Shown here piece by piece: positions 1 through 8,822 of a stretch of DNA of 52,086 nucleotides. The stretch lies in IMG/VR virus record IMGVR_UViG_2698536618_000020, one strand, 5' to 3'. The stretch's first letter is position 1. Every line of letters starts with the position of its first letter. Below the pieces are notes generated by a model, which was given only the letters and a program-made list of their open reading frames with translations, made no database searches and had not been told where the DNA came from. Origin of the DNA: a virus. Taxonomy: Duplodnaviria; Heunggongvirae; Uroviricota; Caudoviricetes. The position numbers and the translations under genes were made by a program.

Positions 1-243
1 TTATCTTGAAGGGTTAGTTGATGCGCCATTAACCTGAGCATTATTTCTTTCCCACTCCAGAATATCAGAAAGCCACCAACGATTGGGGTTTCCCTTTATT
101 GTTGGTTTAGGAAATGGTTTGCTGAGGGACTTTGGCTTTCTGTCTGGAGTACTCCAGAAATACAGAGTGCTTCGTGAAATTTTATATCGTTCCAGAATAT
201 CTTTGGTTAACAAGATTTCATTTGTTTTTGTAATGTCGTTCAT
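1..243 (-). CDS. xis: AlpA/Xis-family excisionase-like DNA-binding protein
   Basis: 80-aa ORF with stop at window edge; motif 'ISRSTLYFW...NRWWLSDILEW' typical of AlpA/excisionase HTH family; located at distal end of leftward early operon next to recombination genes. Confidence 0.6.
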   Translation of the reverse strand: MNDITKTNEILLTKDILERYKISRSTLYFWSTPDRKPKSLSKPFPKPTIKGNPNRWWLSDILEWERNNAQVNGASTNPSR

Positions 244-296
244 TTTATTCTCCAGTTGAATTGTTTAATCATCGAAAAACCGCCCGAAGGCGGTTG

Positions 297-548
297 TCAG
301 TTGATTGATGTGCGGCGCATTTTGCGAAGGCTGGCAATATGCTTTTCCTTCTCAATTTCTGCTTTAATCATGTGTAGTTCGTTGTGATCGATTCGCTCAA
401 ATTCTGCATTAAATGCGCTAATTGAAGCGGCTCTGGTTCTCCCATCCAGCCTTCGGAAGATTACCTGCGTCAGAGTGATTTTGCAGACTTCAACCGGATA
501 GTTGTTGGCATCGACGAAAGACTGCCCGCGCTGGATTAGAACGAACAC
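297..548 (-). CDS. hypothetical early protein
   Basis: 83-aa ORF (GTG start) with AAGGAA Shine-Dalgarno 9 nt upstream; between xis and exo; no recognisable motif. Confidence 0.4.
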   Translation of the reverse strand: MFVLIQRGQSFVDANNYPVEVCKITLTQVIFRRLDGRTRAASISAFNAEFERIDHNELHMIKAEIEKEKHIASLRKMRRTSIN

Positions 549-596
549 CGGTAGTATTCCTTAATTGTCATATCATTTGCACCTCGTTGCTACTGG

Positions 597-1277
597 CTAT
601 CGCCATTGCTCCCCAAATACAAAACCAATTTCAGCCAGTGCCTCGTCCATTTTTTCGATGAACTCCGGTACCATTTCGTCAAAAACCTCCATGTATTTTT
701 CATCCCGTTCGACCACGACATAATGCAGGCCTTCACGCTTCATACGCGGGTCATAGTTGGCAAAGTACCAGGCATCTTTTCGCGTCACCCACATGCTGTA
801 CTGCACCTGGGCCATGTAAGCCGACTTTATGGCCTCGAAACCACCGAGCCGGAATTTCATGAAATCCCGGGAGGTAAACGGGCATTTCAGTTCAAGGCCG
901 TTGCCGTCACTGCATAAACCATCGGGAGAGCAGGCGGTGCGCATACTTTCGTCGCGATAGATGATCGGGGATTCAGTAACATTCACGCCGGAAGTGAACT
1001 CAAAGAGGGCTCTGGCGTCGTTCTCGTACTGTTTTCCCCAGGCCAGCGCTTTAGCGTTAACTTCCGGAGCCACACCGGTGCAAACCTCAGCCAGCAGGGT
1101 GTGGAAGTAGGACATTTTCATGTCAGGCCATTTCTTTCCTGAGCGGGGTTTTGCTATCACGTTGTGAACTTCTGAAGCGGTGATGACGCCGAGCCGTAAT
1201 TTGTGCCACGCATCATCCCCCTGTTCGACAGCTCTCACGTCGATCCCTGTACGTTGCAGGATAATGTCCGGTGTCAT
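597..1277 (-). CDS. exo: lambda-type exonuclease (Red-alpha)
   Basis: 226-aa protein, nearly identical over full length to lambda Exo as I recall it ([36 protein letters not shown]...); stop overlaps bet. Confidence 0.95.
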   Translation of the reverse strand: MTPDIILQRTGIDVRAVEQGDDAWHKLRLGVITASEVHNVIAKPRSGKKWPDMKMSYFHTLLAEVCTGVAPEVNAKALAWGKQYENDARALFEFTSGVNVTESPIIYRDESMRTACSPDGLCSDGNGLELKCPFTSRDFMKFRLGGFEAIKSAYMAQVQYSMWVTRKDAWYFANYDPRMKREGLHYVVVERDEKYMEVFDEMVPEFIEKMDEALAEIGFVFGEQWR

Positions 1278-2059
1278 GCTGCTACCTTCTGCTCTGTGAC
1301 TTTCTGTTTCAGGAATCCAAGAACCTTCACAGCTTCAGCCTGTGTTAGTTCTGAAGATGTGTAAATGTTGCGGCGAAAAATCTGGGAACAGAGCGGCAAC
1401 AGGTCGTCATCCCACGTTTTTTCTATGGAAGTAAGAAGGGCGTTAATTTCCGACATGGTTTCTTCGTTAACCGGGGTGATGTCGCGTTCCGGCTGACGTT
1501 CTGTAGTATATGCAGTATTTTCGACAATACGCTCGGCTTCATCCTTGTCATAGATGCCAGCAAATCCGAAGGCCAGGCGAGCACACTGAATCATGGCTTT
1601 GTGCCGTAACATCCGTTTGGGATGCGACTGCCACGGTCCGGTGATTTCTCTGCCTTCGCGGGTTTTGAATGGTGCGCGGCGACATTCATCCATCCACTCG
1701 GTAACGCAGATCGGGTGATTGCGATCTTTGCGGTAAATCCGGCATGTACAGGACTCATTGTCCTGCTCAAAGTCCATGCCATCAAACTGCTGGTTTTCAT
1801 TGATAATGCGGGACCAGCCATCAACGCCAACCACCGGAACGATGCCGTTCTGCTTGTCAGGGAAGGCGTAAATTTCTTTCGTCCAGGGATTAAGGCCGTA
1901 CTGGTTGGCGACGATCAACAATGCGATAAATTGCGCATCGCTGGCATCACCTTTAAATGCCGTCTGGCGAAGAGTGGTGATTAGTTCCTGTGGGTCGACA
2001 GAATCCATGCCGACACGTTCAGCCAGCTTCCCTGCCAGCGTTGCGAGTGCTGTACTCAT
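1274..2059 (-). CDS. bet: Red-beta single-strand annealing protein
   Basis: 261 aa, matches lambda Beta along whole length ([48 protein letters not shown]...); 4-bp overlap with exo start. Confidence 0.95.
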   Translation of the reverse strand: MSTALATLAGKLAERVGMDSVDPQELITTLRQTAFKGDASDAQFIALLIVANQYGLNPWTKEIYAFPDKQNGIVPVVGVDGWSRIINENQQFDGMDFEQDNESCTCRIYRKDRNHPICVTEWMDECRRAPFKTREGREITGPWQSHPKRMLRHKAMIQCARLAFGFAGIYDKDEAERIVENTAYTTERQPERDITPVNEETMSEINALLTSIEKTWDDDLLPLCSQIFRRNIYTSSELTQAEAVKVLGFLKQKVTEQKVAA

Positions 2060-2064
2060 CCGTT

Positions 2065-2361
2065 TTATACCTCTGAATCAATATTAATTTGGTGACGGGC
2101 GATGGTTTCAGCCATGTAGCGGATGTGTTCTGCCATGCGTTCCTGAAAATCGACATCGTCATCAAATGCACGGGAAATAGCTTTTTTGCTGGCCCCGTGA
2201 CGTTGCAGATTATCGATGCATAGCGATTCAAACAGGTGTTGGGGCAGACCTTTTTCCAGGTCGTCTGCCAGCTCAGCTTCAGTTTCTTCACGGGCAATTT
2301 GCTGGTAGTGTCGTGCCCATGACTGCTCTTCAATGCGATCGGGGATAAGCCAGGCATTCAT
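2065..2361 (-). CDS. gam: Gam host-nuclease (RecBCD) inhibitor, short GamS-like form
   Basis: 98 aa; '...[14 protein letters not shown]...[12 protein letters not shown]...RHGASKK...[12 protein letters not shown]...IDSEV' matches lambda GamS. Confidence 0.9.
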   Translation of the reverse strand: MNAWLIPDRIEEQSWARHYQQIAREETEAELADDLEKGLPQHLFESLCIDNLQRHGASKKAISRAFDDDVDFQERMAEHIRYMAETIARHQINIDSEV

Positions 2362-4430
2362 GATTTATCACCTTCGAAATTTTCAAGCCTGTTGGCAATC
2401 ATGATGGCGATATCAGGGATTGCTGGCGCTGTGGCTATACATGCGGGGTTGGCGCACAAACCATAGACGGCGGCAATCACGAGCTGTCTTTTCCAGTCGA
2501 GAGTTACTGGCTCAGAATTGGCGTCATCGCCGGACGTATCACTGCCTGGCTCGTTCTGAACAACGGTTTCGCCCTCCTGAGCGGCATCAACAGAGTTTTC
2601 CTGAATGATCTTCTCCTCAGTTTGTGCTGAGTCTTCTCCATCAGCGGCGTCATTTTCTCCAAAAGTTTCAGCGTAAGTTTCATCTCCCATTACTGGACCA
2701 CAGTCAGGGCAATGGCCGCCACCGTTCTGACTGCATGTGGTGCTAACCTTTTCCACTTCCTGTTGCATTACTGGCCCTGGCTGTTGCTCTTCTGGCCCGT
2801 TTTGTTGCGTATCCGGGCTGTTTTGTCCCGCTTCTGGGGCAATTTGTTCCACTTTGGGCTGATTCTGGTCCTCAGTGTCGCGAGTCTGGATCCCCTTCAC
2901 CCACTTCGGATCAGCAGGGTTACTGATGCCTTCAACGAATTCTCCACGCGAGGCAGCCAGTAATTTGTCGGCATCGACTGGATTTTTTGGGGGGATGTTT
3001 TCCCTGGCTTTATTGAGTTCCTCCCTCAGTTCCTGGTATTTCGTTTCTACAGATGAGACATTTTCCAGTGATTGCGTGTCCTCATTATGTTTAACTGGAA
3101 TTTCTTCCACTGATTCAGGCGCTGCCTGTTCATTAGCCATTGTGTCCGATGCTTGTTGCTTTTCTTCATCGCCATGTTTTCCTTCTGCTGTTCCGCGCTG
3201 CGGCATCGGTGCTGATGAGCGACCGCAGGCAATTTCCACGATTTCCGGATCCGGGTTAGCGTGATCGGTTTCGGTCAACACTTTGTTGAGATATTCAGTC
3301 ACGCGTGCCGGGATGGCCTCAATGCCGATTGGTGCTTCTTTCACGGAAGCCACCACAATGGCGCGGGAATAATCCAGCCCACCGGGCATGGCGATAAATT
3401 TGTCGCGAAAAACAGAAAAGGGCGGCTTATTCTCTGACACGATTTCTTCAACGCGTTTTGCGTGTGCTGGGTGCAGGTTATAAATATCCACATCCATTGA
3501 ACGGGCCAGAACGCCGGTGGCTACATCTCGTGCGAGTGATGTCTTATCATGTTTGAATCCTTCACCACGATCGGTAATATTTCCGCCGCCAGCGTTAGCA
3601 CCGGAAGGCGTACGGGTAATGCCTGAAACATAATTTCCGTTCTGCCATTCTTTTGTCAGCAGGCCCTGATCAAGGTAGTCAGTTTTCATCCAGGTGGAAA
3701 TGAACTTGTCGAATTCAGCCGGGCTGATGCGATGATTTGCAGAGTGGGGGAATGCTTTCCCTACAGATTCAGCCAGGCGACTAAGGTGATAGTTCGTCAG
3801 TTTATCCAGTTCATGATGCGCGGCGCGCACAGCAGTAAGCAGGCTCTGAAGGTAACTGTCCTCTGTGTCCATCTCCATACGGATCACGTTATTGCGTTGT
3901 TCTGGTGTGGCATGATGCCGGTATTTTCCATCTTCATCTTTGCTGAATAAGAAGAGGTGAAGGAAGCGATGAGTAAGGCTCAGAGTGGCGACGGGAATTT
4001 CACACTCAGAACAGTCATCGTCGCTGTCCGGGGATTCGCTTTTCTCCACATCATCCGGAATAGTTCCGTCCAGGTTATCGTTGTCATCGCCAGCAGTTGT
4101 GGCATCTTCACCGTTGATGTTGTCATCGAAGGGGATAGCCATCATGGTGATGCCATCGTTACCGCCTTTTTCATAGCGGTTGCAGAATTCAGTATCAAAC
4201 ACGCCTTCCGGTGGAAGGTCATTCACGACGGGGAAATTTACGCGAACGGGTTTTTTGAAATCATCCTCGTCGTAGCCTGCATCGTCCATGGCTGCAATGC
4301 AGCGGGAAACTGCGACAGAAAGTTTTCTGGCCTCGGTCCAGAAAAAACCGCCTTTGATGCCAAGGCGTTTTCTGACTTTATCGTTTTTTGCTTCGCAGTG
4401 TAGTGCAAAAGTCTGTTTATCAGCGCTCAT
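2358..4430 (-). CDS. large acidic hypothetical early protein (690 aa), function unknown
   Basis: 2073-nt uninterrupted ORF, ATGA-coupled to gam; long D/E/Q-rich low-complexity segments, two CxxC pairs ([16 protein letters not shown]), hydrophobic C-terminal segment; occupies the kil/cIII/ea10 slot of lambda. Confidence 0.7.
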   Translation of the reverse strand: MSADKQTFALHCEAKNDKVRKRLGIKGGFFWTEARKLSVAVSRCIAAMDDAGYDEDDFKKPVRVNFPVVNDLPPEGVFDTEFCNRYEKGGNDGITMMAIPFDDNINGEDATTAGDDNDNLDGTIPDDVEKSESPDSDDDCSECEIPVATLSLTHRFLHLFLFSKDEDGKYRHHATPEQRNNVIRMEMDTEDSYLQSLLTAVRAAHHELDKLTNYHLSRLAESVGKAFPHSANHRISPAEFDKFISTWMKTDYLDQGLLTKEWQNGNYVSGITRTPSGANAGGGNITDRGEGFKHDKTSLARDVATGVLARSMDVDIYNLHPAHAKRVEEIVSENKPPFSVFRDKFIAMPGGLDYSRAIVVASVKEAPIGIEAIPARVTEYLNKVLTETDHANPDPEIVEIACGRSSAPMPQRGTAEGKHGDEEKQQASDTMANEQAAPESVEEIPVKHNEDTQSLENVSSVETKYQELREELNKARENIPPKNPVDADKLLAASRGEFVEGISNPADPKWVKGIQTRDTEDQNQPKVEQIAPEAGQNSPDTQQNGPEEQQPGPVMQQEVEKVSTTCSQNGGGHCPDCGPVMGDETYAETFGENDAADGEDSAQTEEKIIQENSVDAAQEGETVVQNEPGSDTSGDDANSEPVTLDWKRQLVIAAVYGLCANPACIATAPAIPDIAIMIANRLENFEGDKS

Positions 4431-4537
4431 TGTATTTAAATCTCTGGCTGGATTAGAATTAGCGGCCCTTTGTCTGATTTCTCCGAATACGGTGACGCAG
4501 GGAGAAATCCGGTAGCCTGCGCTGCCGGATTTTTATT

Positions 4538-4924
4538 TCAGTGGAAGGTTGCCTGGTTTGCTGTTTTGTGAGTTGTTTTTCCCTTTTCGTGCTGGCATTC
4601 AGGGCAGTCGCACTCAGAATTTTCTCTTGCAAACTCAAGAGCCTGTGCAAGTGTATGGATTTGTTGTACTCCAATGTTGCTTCTGACAACTTCACGTGCA
4701 GCATGAATATATGGGCTTGGTGTTTTGCCATTTAACCCACATAAAACAAAACGACTGTCCTTATATTCGTTATTTCCAACTTCTGTAAGCACTGAAAAAG
4801 AAAATACAAAGTCGATTTTGTATTCTTTGCATATTTTACTGATGCGTTCTGCAATTTCTTTGAGTTCATTTATTGCATCAGGACTGGTTTTGGAAAATAT
4901 TTCATTTTGCGCAAGTTCTTTCAT
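4538..4924 (-). CDS. hypothetical protein, AT-rich moron, C-terminal Cys cluster (CDCPECQHE)
   Basis: 128-aa ORF in visibly AT-rich DNA; same strand as PL operon. Confidence 0.5.
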   Translation of the reverse strand: MKELAQNEIFSKTSPDAINELKEIAERISKICKEYKIDFVFSFSVLTEVGNNEYKDSRFVLCGLNGKTPSPYIHAAREVVRSNIGVQQIHTLAQALEFARENSECDCPECQHEKGKTTHKTANQATFH

Positions 4925-5007
4925 TTTGATTTTTCCGTGATTGATAATTAATGCGGTTTTATTTCGGCTTGTCTGTTACAGATATGGAAGGTGTATTTTA
5001 TTACTCG

Positions 5008-5229
5008 TCACAACGACGCTGCTTTTACGGGTAAGCCATCGCGCCCGATGAAAACTTTAATCATGCAGTCGGTAATGCATGTTTTTGTTGTGAAGTTACG
5101 AATATAGAGTTTTCTCTTTTCAATATTGTTTGCTGAAGCGATATATGTCCGACCTTCATGAAGAACATAATCGCCAGGCGTCACGCACTGACGTGGTATT
5201 TCATCAGTTCCGAAGTGATGAGCAATCAT
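5008..5229 (-). CDS. hypothetical small protein
   Basis: 73-aa ORF from ATG with GGAG 6 nt upstream (longer GTG-start version ends 5247); AT-rich. Confidence 0.4.
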   Translation of the reverse strand: MIAHHFGTDEIPRQCVTPGDYVLHEGRTYIASANNIEKRKLYIRNFTTKTCITDCMIKVFIGRDGLPVKAASL

Positions 5230-5402
5230 AATTATCTCCATTTTCACAAATGAACTTTGTTGATGCGGTGCCTGGTGCCTCCAGGTGACGTTAACCAGTT
5301 AACAACTAACGCCGGGTCAGGGGACGATGACTTTCCGTGACATCCTGTCGGTTTAACTGTTCCGCGTGCGCATAGCCGCATTCACCGCATCACAAAATTC
5401 AC

Positions 5403-5446
5403 TTTAAAAAGGGCGGACATCAGCAATCGGCAAACCGATGTCCGCC
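5403..5446 (-). terminator. intrinsic terminator within leftward early operon (tL-like)
   Basis: 10-bp perfect stem GGCGGACATC/GATGTCCGCC (5412-5421/5437-5446), followed on minus strand by TTTTTAAAG. Confidence 0.55.
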
Positions 5447-5685
5447 AAGGGCTACACACAGCAATGTTGTTATTCACAACCGGAAGCGCACGGTCGAAGA
5501 AATCTAACGACAAGCCTTCAATGGGTAAGAGTCTTCGCCGTGCACTTTCGTGTTGTACCCTGGCTTTCAGGGTAATGTCTGTTCAGTAAACTGAGAGTGC
5601 CGGAACTCACCCGTGTCCGGCGCACGATCTCCACCTCACCCGTGGAGAACTCCTCAACTACAAACCCCGTAAGGAGAGTGAATTT

Positions 5686-5895
5686 ATGACACAAGAAGAA
5701 AAAGTGATGTTTCTGATGCGGCTGGCTGTCGATACCTACAACACACAATTCAGGGAGAAAGATATACCTCAAAAGGCAGTTCCTGCCGCGGTAGATAAGG
5801 GCGGTGCTATTGCCGTATTTTACGATGCATTTGAATCATTTTTTGATGAAAAACTCGACGCTGTTAGCGACTTCGGAACATCGAGTAATAAATAA
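5686..5895 (+). CDS. hypothetical small protein encoded opposite to the PL operon
   Basis: 69-aa ORF, strong SD AAGGAGAG 7 nt upstream of ATG; 3' end overlaps 3' end of convergent minus-strand gene. Confidence 0.45.
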   Translation: MTQEEKVMFLMRLAVDTYNTQFREKDIPQKAVPAAVDKGGAIAVFYDAFESFFDEKLDAVSDFGTSSNK

Positions 5896-6223
5896 CGTTC
5901 ATTACGGTTCTTAAACAACAATCAGTGGGTTTGATGTTGTTCTTTTCAAGCTCACTTGCCATCACTTCCATTATTCTTGCACTTACACGAATTATTTGGT
6001 GGCTGTAAGCGACGCAACTGTCGCTGATATTGCTGTTTATTTCTATTACTTCATTTTCACTGGCGGCGCTAAATTTGGATATGCCGTTTCCATTGTCCTG
6101 TTTCAGTGCTTTTTCTGCCATCTGGATGCGTGTCAGCGTTGCGGAATTTGGGCTAAGTCGATAAACCTGTCTGGCATCTTCCAGAAGCAGGGCGATAATG
6201 TGCTTCAGTTCTGTTTCATTCAT
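5864..6223 (-). CDS. hypothetical early protein
   Basis: 119-aa ORF from ATG (MNETELKH...) with GGAG 6 nt upstream; longer frame extends to 6244. Confidence 0.45.
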   Translation of the reverse strand: MNETELKHIIALLLEDARQVYRLSPNSATLTRIQMAEKALKQDNGNGISKFSAASENEVIEINSNISDSCVAYSHQIIRVSARIMEVMASELEKNNIKPTDCCLRTVMNVIYYSMFRSR

Positions 6224-6254
6224 AGTTAACTCCGGTAGTTGCAATTTATTAATA

Positions 6255-6440
6255 TCAGGCGGTCAGCTCTTTAAGCTTCTGAACTGCTTTATTCATTTCA
6301 TCCATACAGTCGATGAATTCGTCCAGTTTAAGCTGCATTTTTCCGGCGGCCTGAAGAATTTCAAGTTTTAAGGGCGCAAGTTTTTTGTTGTAATCGACGC
6401 AGGTTATTAACTCGCGGCCAGTAATATTTTGGCTTGGCAC
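6255..6440 (-). CDS. hypothetical small protein (GTG start), amphipathic helical
   Basis: 61-aa ORF; overlaps next upstream ORF by about 80 bp, so one of the two may be shorter or spurious. Confidence 0.3.
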   Translation of the reverse strand: MPSQNITGRELITCVDYNKKLAPLKLEILQAAGKMQLKLDEFIDCMDEMNKAVQKLKELTA

Positions 6441-6645
6441 GAGATCCGGGTCTTGAACCTACACAAACTATATAGCTCTCTTCTTTCCTCGGAAGGCCAG
6501 GTGCATCTAGCAGACGGCCTAGTTCGAATTTTTTTACGTTGACACCAGGAGGAATCACCTCGACGATAAACCCGATTTTTACCTTCGTTACACCGTTTGA
6601 TGAGCTTGACCATTTAACTTCATCGTTCAATTTGAACTTCATCAT
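6361..6645 (-). CDS. hypothetical protein immediately downstream of N
   Basis: 94-aa ORF from Met (MMKFKLNDEVKW...) starting 5 nt after N stop; position of ral/sieB in lambda. Confidence 0.35.
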   Translation of the reverse strand: MMKFKLNDEVKWSSSSNGVTKVKIGFIVEVIPPGVNVKKFELGRLLDAPGLPRKEESYIVCVGSRPGSRAKPKYYWPRVNNLRRLQQKTCALKT

Positions 6646-6650
6646 TAACC

Positions 6651-6956
6651 TCAATCGTAATAAGCCGGAATTGATTTTCCGCGTTGTTTCTGGCGGCCTG
6701 AGCAAGTCACACCCATTTCACTGCGTGGTTTGCGGTAGTAAATACGGTTCTGTTTACTCTCGACTTCTTCTGCCTTCTTGCAGCGAAGGCTTCCGAGTGA
6801 TACTGCTTTGTCTGCTCCGACGCAACCAGAGATCTTTAGCGCAATCTTCCGTGTCAGTCTTTCACTACTGCGCCGCTCTGCAATAAGTTCTTCCCTGCGA
6901 GCTTTATAGCGGCTTTTTGCCGTACCTTTGGATTCTTTCCAGATTATGGTTACCAT
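6651..6956 (-). CDS. N: N-like transcription antitermination protein
   Basis: 101 aa from ATG with AAGGAGA SD; N-terminal arginine-rich motif (GTAKSRYKARREELIAERR); C-terminus 'RIYYRKPRSEMGVTCSGRQKQRGKSIP' matches lambda N 'RTWYSKPGERGITCSGRQKIKGKSIP'. Confidence 0.85.
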   Translation of the reverse strand: MVTIIWKESKGTAKSRYKARREELIAERRSSERLTRKIALKISGCVGADKAVSLGSLRCKKAEEVESKQNRIYYRKPRSEMGVTCSGRQKQRGKSIPAYYD

Positions 6957-7066
6957 GATGGTCTCCTTTAAGTGGCTTTGGTGTATGACGCGTCGAGGTG
7001 TTTTTCTTCTCGATCGCGGCCTTGCAACTGAAATTCGCGTCATCCCCAAAACCACTTAGATTTTGG

Positions 7067-7108
7067 TCTCAACGGTTAGGTTGAGAGTCCATCAATGTTA
7101 AAGAGCCG
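7067..7108 (-). promoter_or_regulatory. nutL candidate (boxA + boxB hairpin)
   Basis: minus-strand boxA-like GGCTCTTTAAC (7098-7108) then boxB hairpin TCTCAACCTAACCGTTGAGA (7067-7086) in the N leader. Confidence 0.6.
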
Positions 7109-7154
7109 GCCAATCTGTTCCGTTTGGCTTCCAGCGTCCTGCTGTTGAATTGAA

Positions 7155-7229
7155 GATAACCTAAGTTATCTGGTTGCGCAATAACTATATTTATCATTTT
7201 ATGAAAAACGTTATAAATGACTGATAACA
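7155..7229. promoter_or_regulatory. OL operator cluster / PL promoter region
   Basis: GATAAC-CTAA-GTTATC (7155-7170), ATAACTATATTTATCA (7181-7196), GTTATAAATGACTGATAAC (7211-7229); same half-sites as between cI and cro; about 200 bp upstream of N. Confidence 0.55.
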
Positions 7230-7289
7230 AAAATATTTTATTTTTTGTGGTATCCGCGTGATATTTTCAAGGGGGAAAGGCTGATTGTT

Positions 7290-7511
7290 ATGGGTGATTG
7301 CATGTTAATCGAAGGGGAATTTGGTGTGTTGCACCAGCGGGTAGTCGAAATTCTAGGGGTGTCGTTGCTTGAGGTTATTGCTACTGGGGAAGCTATTTCA
7401 GCAGATGCTATTGCGGGAATGATCCGAGTGCTTCACCATGATGAATTGGATGATCTCGCTGTGAAGTTAGCTATAGATGTGTTACTTCAGGATATGCGAC
7501 TGTGTAATTAA
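7290..7511 (+). CDS. hypothetical acidic 73-aa protein between OL and cI (rexAB-equivalent position)
   Basis: ATG at 7290 with GGGGGAAAGG 9 nt upstream; longer frame from 7245; no motif recognised. Confidence 0.35.
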   Translation: MGDCMLIEGEFGVLHQRVVEILGVSLLEVIATGEAISADAIAGMIRVLHHDELDDLAVKLAIDVLLQDMRLCN

Positions 7512-7512
7512 G

Positions 7513-7540
7513 TAAATAAAACCCGGCACTGGAGCCGGGG
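7513..7540 (-). terminator. intrinsic terminator downstream of cI (minus strand)
   Basis: hairpin CCCGGC-actgga-GCCGGG (7522-7539) followed on minus strand by TTTTATTTACTT. Confidence 0.5.
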
Positions 7541-7663
7541 GATTTAGAAATGGCATTTTATGAATTGGCTACTTGGCGAATGGTTTACCATCGGTGGTAT
7601 TGAGCACAATAAAAGGCCGTTCTTCGTGAGTGTTCTTATAGCAAAAGTTCAGTTGGAGTCTGA

Positions 7664-8371
7664 TTACCAGCTATGTGATGACCAGAACACTCGCCCTATG
7701 ATTCTTACGTTTTTGTAGAATTCTTCTCTGTTCATTACTTCATCAGGATACTCTTCGCGGTTTATCGATCTGATAATTACCGATGTTGGCGTGGCTATGA
7801 GCGTTTTTACCCTTAACAAATCAGCTTGGCAAATTGCATATGTTTTACCATCCCTGATGCTCGTATCTTGCGTGTTTACCCCCACCACATCACCATCATG
7901 GAGTGTTGGCTCCATGCTTTGCCCAACAACCCTGACCAACTTTGCCGCTTTTTCTGGAACTCCCATTTTTTTCAGGTAATAGCGCCTAAAAACTAGAGAG
8001 AATTCTGCGGACTCCTCCAATGCACAACTTCCTCCGCCAGCTGAAAGTGAAATATTTAGAAGGGGGAGCGCAACAAATTCGTCATTATCATTTTGATGAT
8101 CATCCCAGGCGATAGCTTTTAAAGATGATTCCCGAGCATTAGATGGCTCTTCTGCGCTCTGTGGTCTCATTGACCCTATACCAGAGCTTAGCCATTCAGG
8201 GCGAACTCTTAACGCGTTGGCTAATTCGACCATTTTACGTGATCCGGTTGTTTTACCAGATGACATCTTTTGTATGGCTGGTTGTGATACCCCCACCATG
8301 TCTGCAAGTTGTGCTTGTGACAACCCGGCTGAACTCATGGCGGCATTTAGTCTTTCTGCGAATGTTTTCAT
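7664..8371 (-). CDS. cI: CI-type prophage repressor (HTH_XRE N-domain + LexA/S24 peptidase C-domain)
   Basis: 235 aa; N-terminal HTH (LSQAQLADMVGVSQPAIQKM), Ala-Gly cleavage region (LSAGGG), S24 motifs GQSMEPTL and K in '...LLRVKTLI...'; divergent from cro. Confidence 0.92.
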   Translation of the reverse strand: MKTFAERLNAAMSSAGLSQAQLADMVGVSQPAIQKMSSGKTTGSRKMVELANALRVRPEWLSSGIGSMRPQSAEEPSNARESSLKAIAWDDHQNDNDEFVALPLLNISLSAGGGSCALEESAEFSLVFRRYYLKKMGVPEKAAKLVRVVGQSMEPTLHDGDVVGVNTQDTSIRDGKTYAICQADLLRVKTLIATPTSVIIRSINREEYPDEVMNREEFYKNVRIIGRVFWSSHSW

Positions 8372-8383
8372 ACCTGTAATCTA

Positions 8384-8445
8384 TAACCACGGTTATCAAA
8401 AGTAAAACAACAATTGTTATTGCTCTGGTGTATAACTCATGTTAT
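8384..8445. promoter_or_regulatory. OR operator cluster with PRM/PR
   Basis: ATAACCACGGTTAT (8384-8397), AACAATTGTT (8408-8417), ATAACTCATGTTAT (8432-8445) in the cI-cro intergenic region. Confidence 0.6.
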
Positions 8446-8481
8446 TTTTGGTTATGCTTTATTTGCTGTAGAGGTATGCTC

Positions 8482-8706
8482 ATGAATTTAGTGATTCAGC
8501 GAGCCTTGAATATTGTTGGCAGTCAAAAACGACTTGCAGCTGATTGCGGCGTATCACAGCCCGCTGTTCATAAATGGTTGCGAGGCGGAAAAGTTTCTCC
8601 TGAAAAAGTTTTCGCTATCGTTAATGCCACCAATGGTCAGGTTAAGGCTTACGAAATTCGCCCGGACTTACCGCACCTGTTTCCTCATCCGAACCAGGCT
8701 GAATAA
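8482..8706 (+). CDS. cro: Cro-like HTH regulator
   Basis: 74 aa from ATG 7 nt after GAGG; HTH 'RLAADCGVSQPAVHKWLRGGK'; divergent from cI (alternative start 8476). Confidence 0.8.
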   Translation: MNLVIQRALNIVGSQKRLAADCGVSQPAVHKWLRGGKVSPEKVFAIVNATNGQVKAYEIRPDLPHLFPHPNQAE

Positions 8707-8713
8707 GTAACAC

Positions 8714-8754
8714 CGCTCTTTAACATTGCTGGTCGTTCACCTCTAACAGGGTGA
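8714..8754 (+). promoter_or_regulatory. nutR candidate (boxA CGCTCTTTA + boxB hairpin)
   Basis: boxA-like CGCTCTTTA (8714-8722) followed by hairpin TCACC-tctaacag-GGTGA (8737-8754) between cro and cII. Confidence 0.55.
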
Positions 8755-8822
8755 GCAAACATCAGTGGCAAACCCATTGGGGATTGCCGCTTAACCCCAT
8801 ATCAATATAGGAAAATTAACAA

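Noticed and set aside
606-917. 103-aa plus-strand ORF
   Set aside because: Lies entirely antisense within the strongly supported exo gene; no SD; treated as chance ORF.
1591-2087. Several 60-120-aa ORFs on both strands overlapping bet
   Set aside because: Embedded in the bet gene, which matches lambda Beta over its full length.
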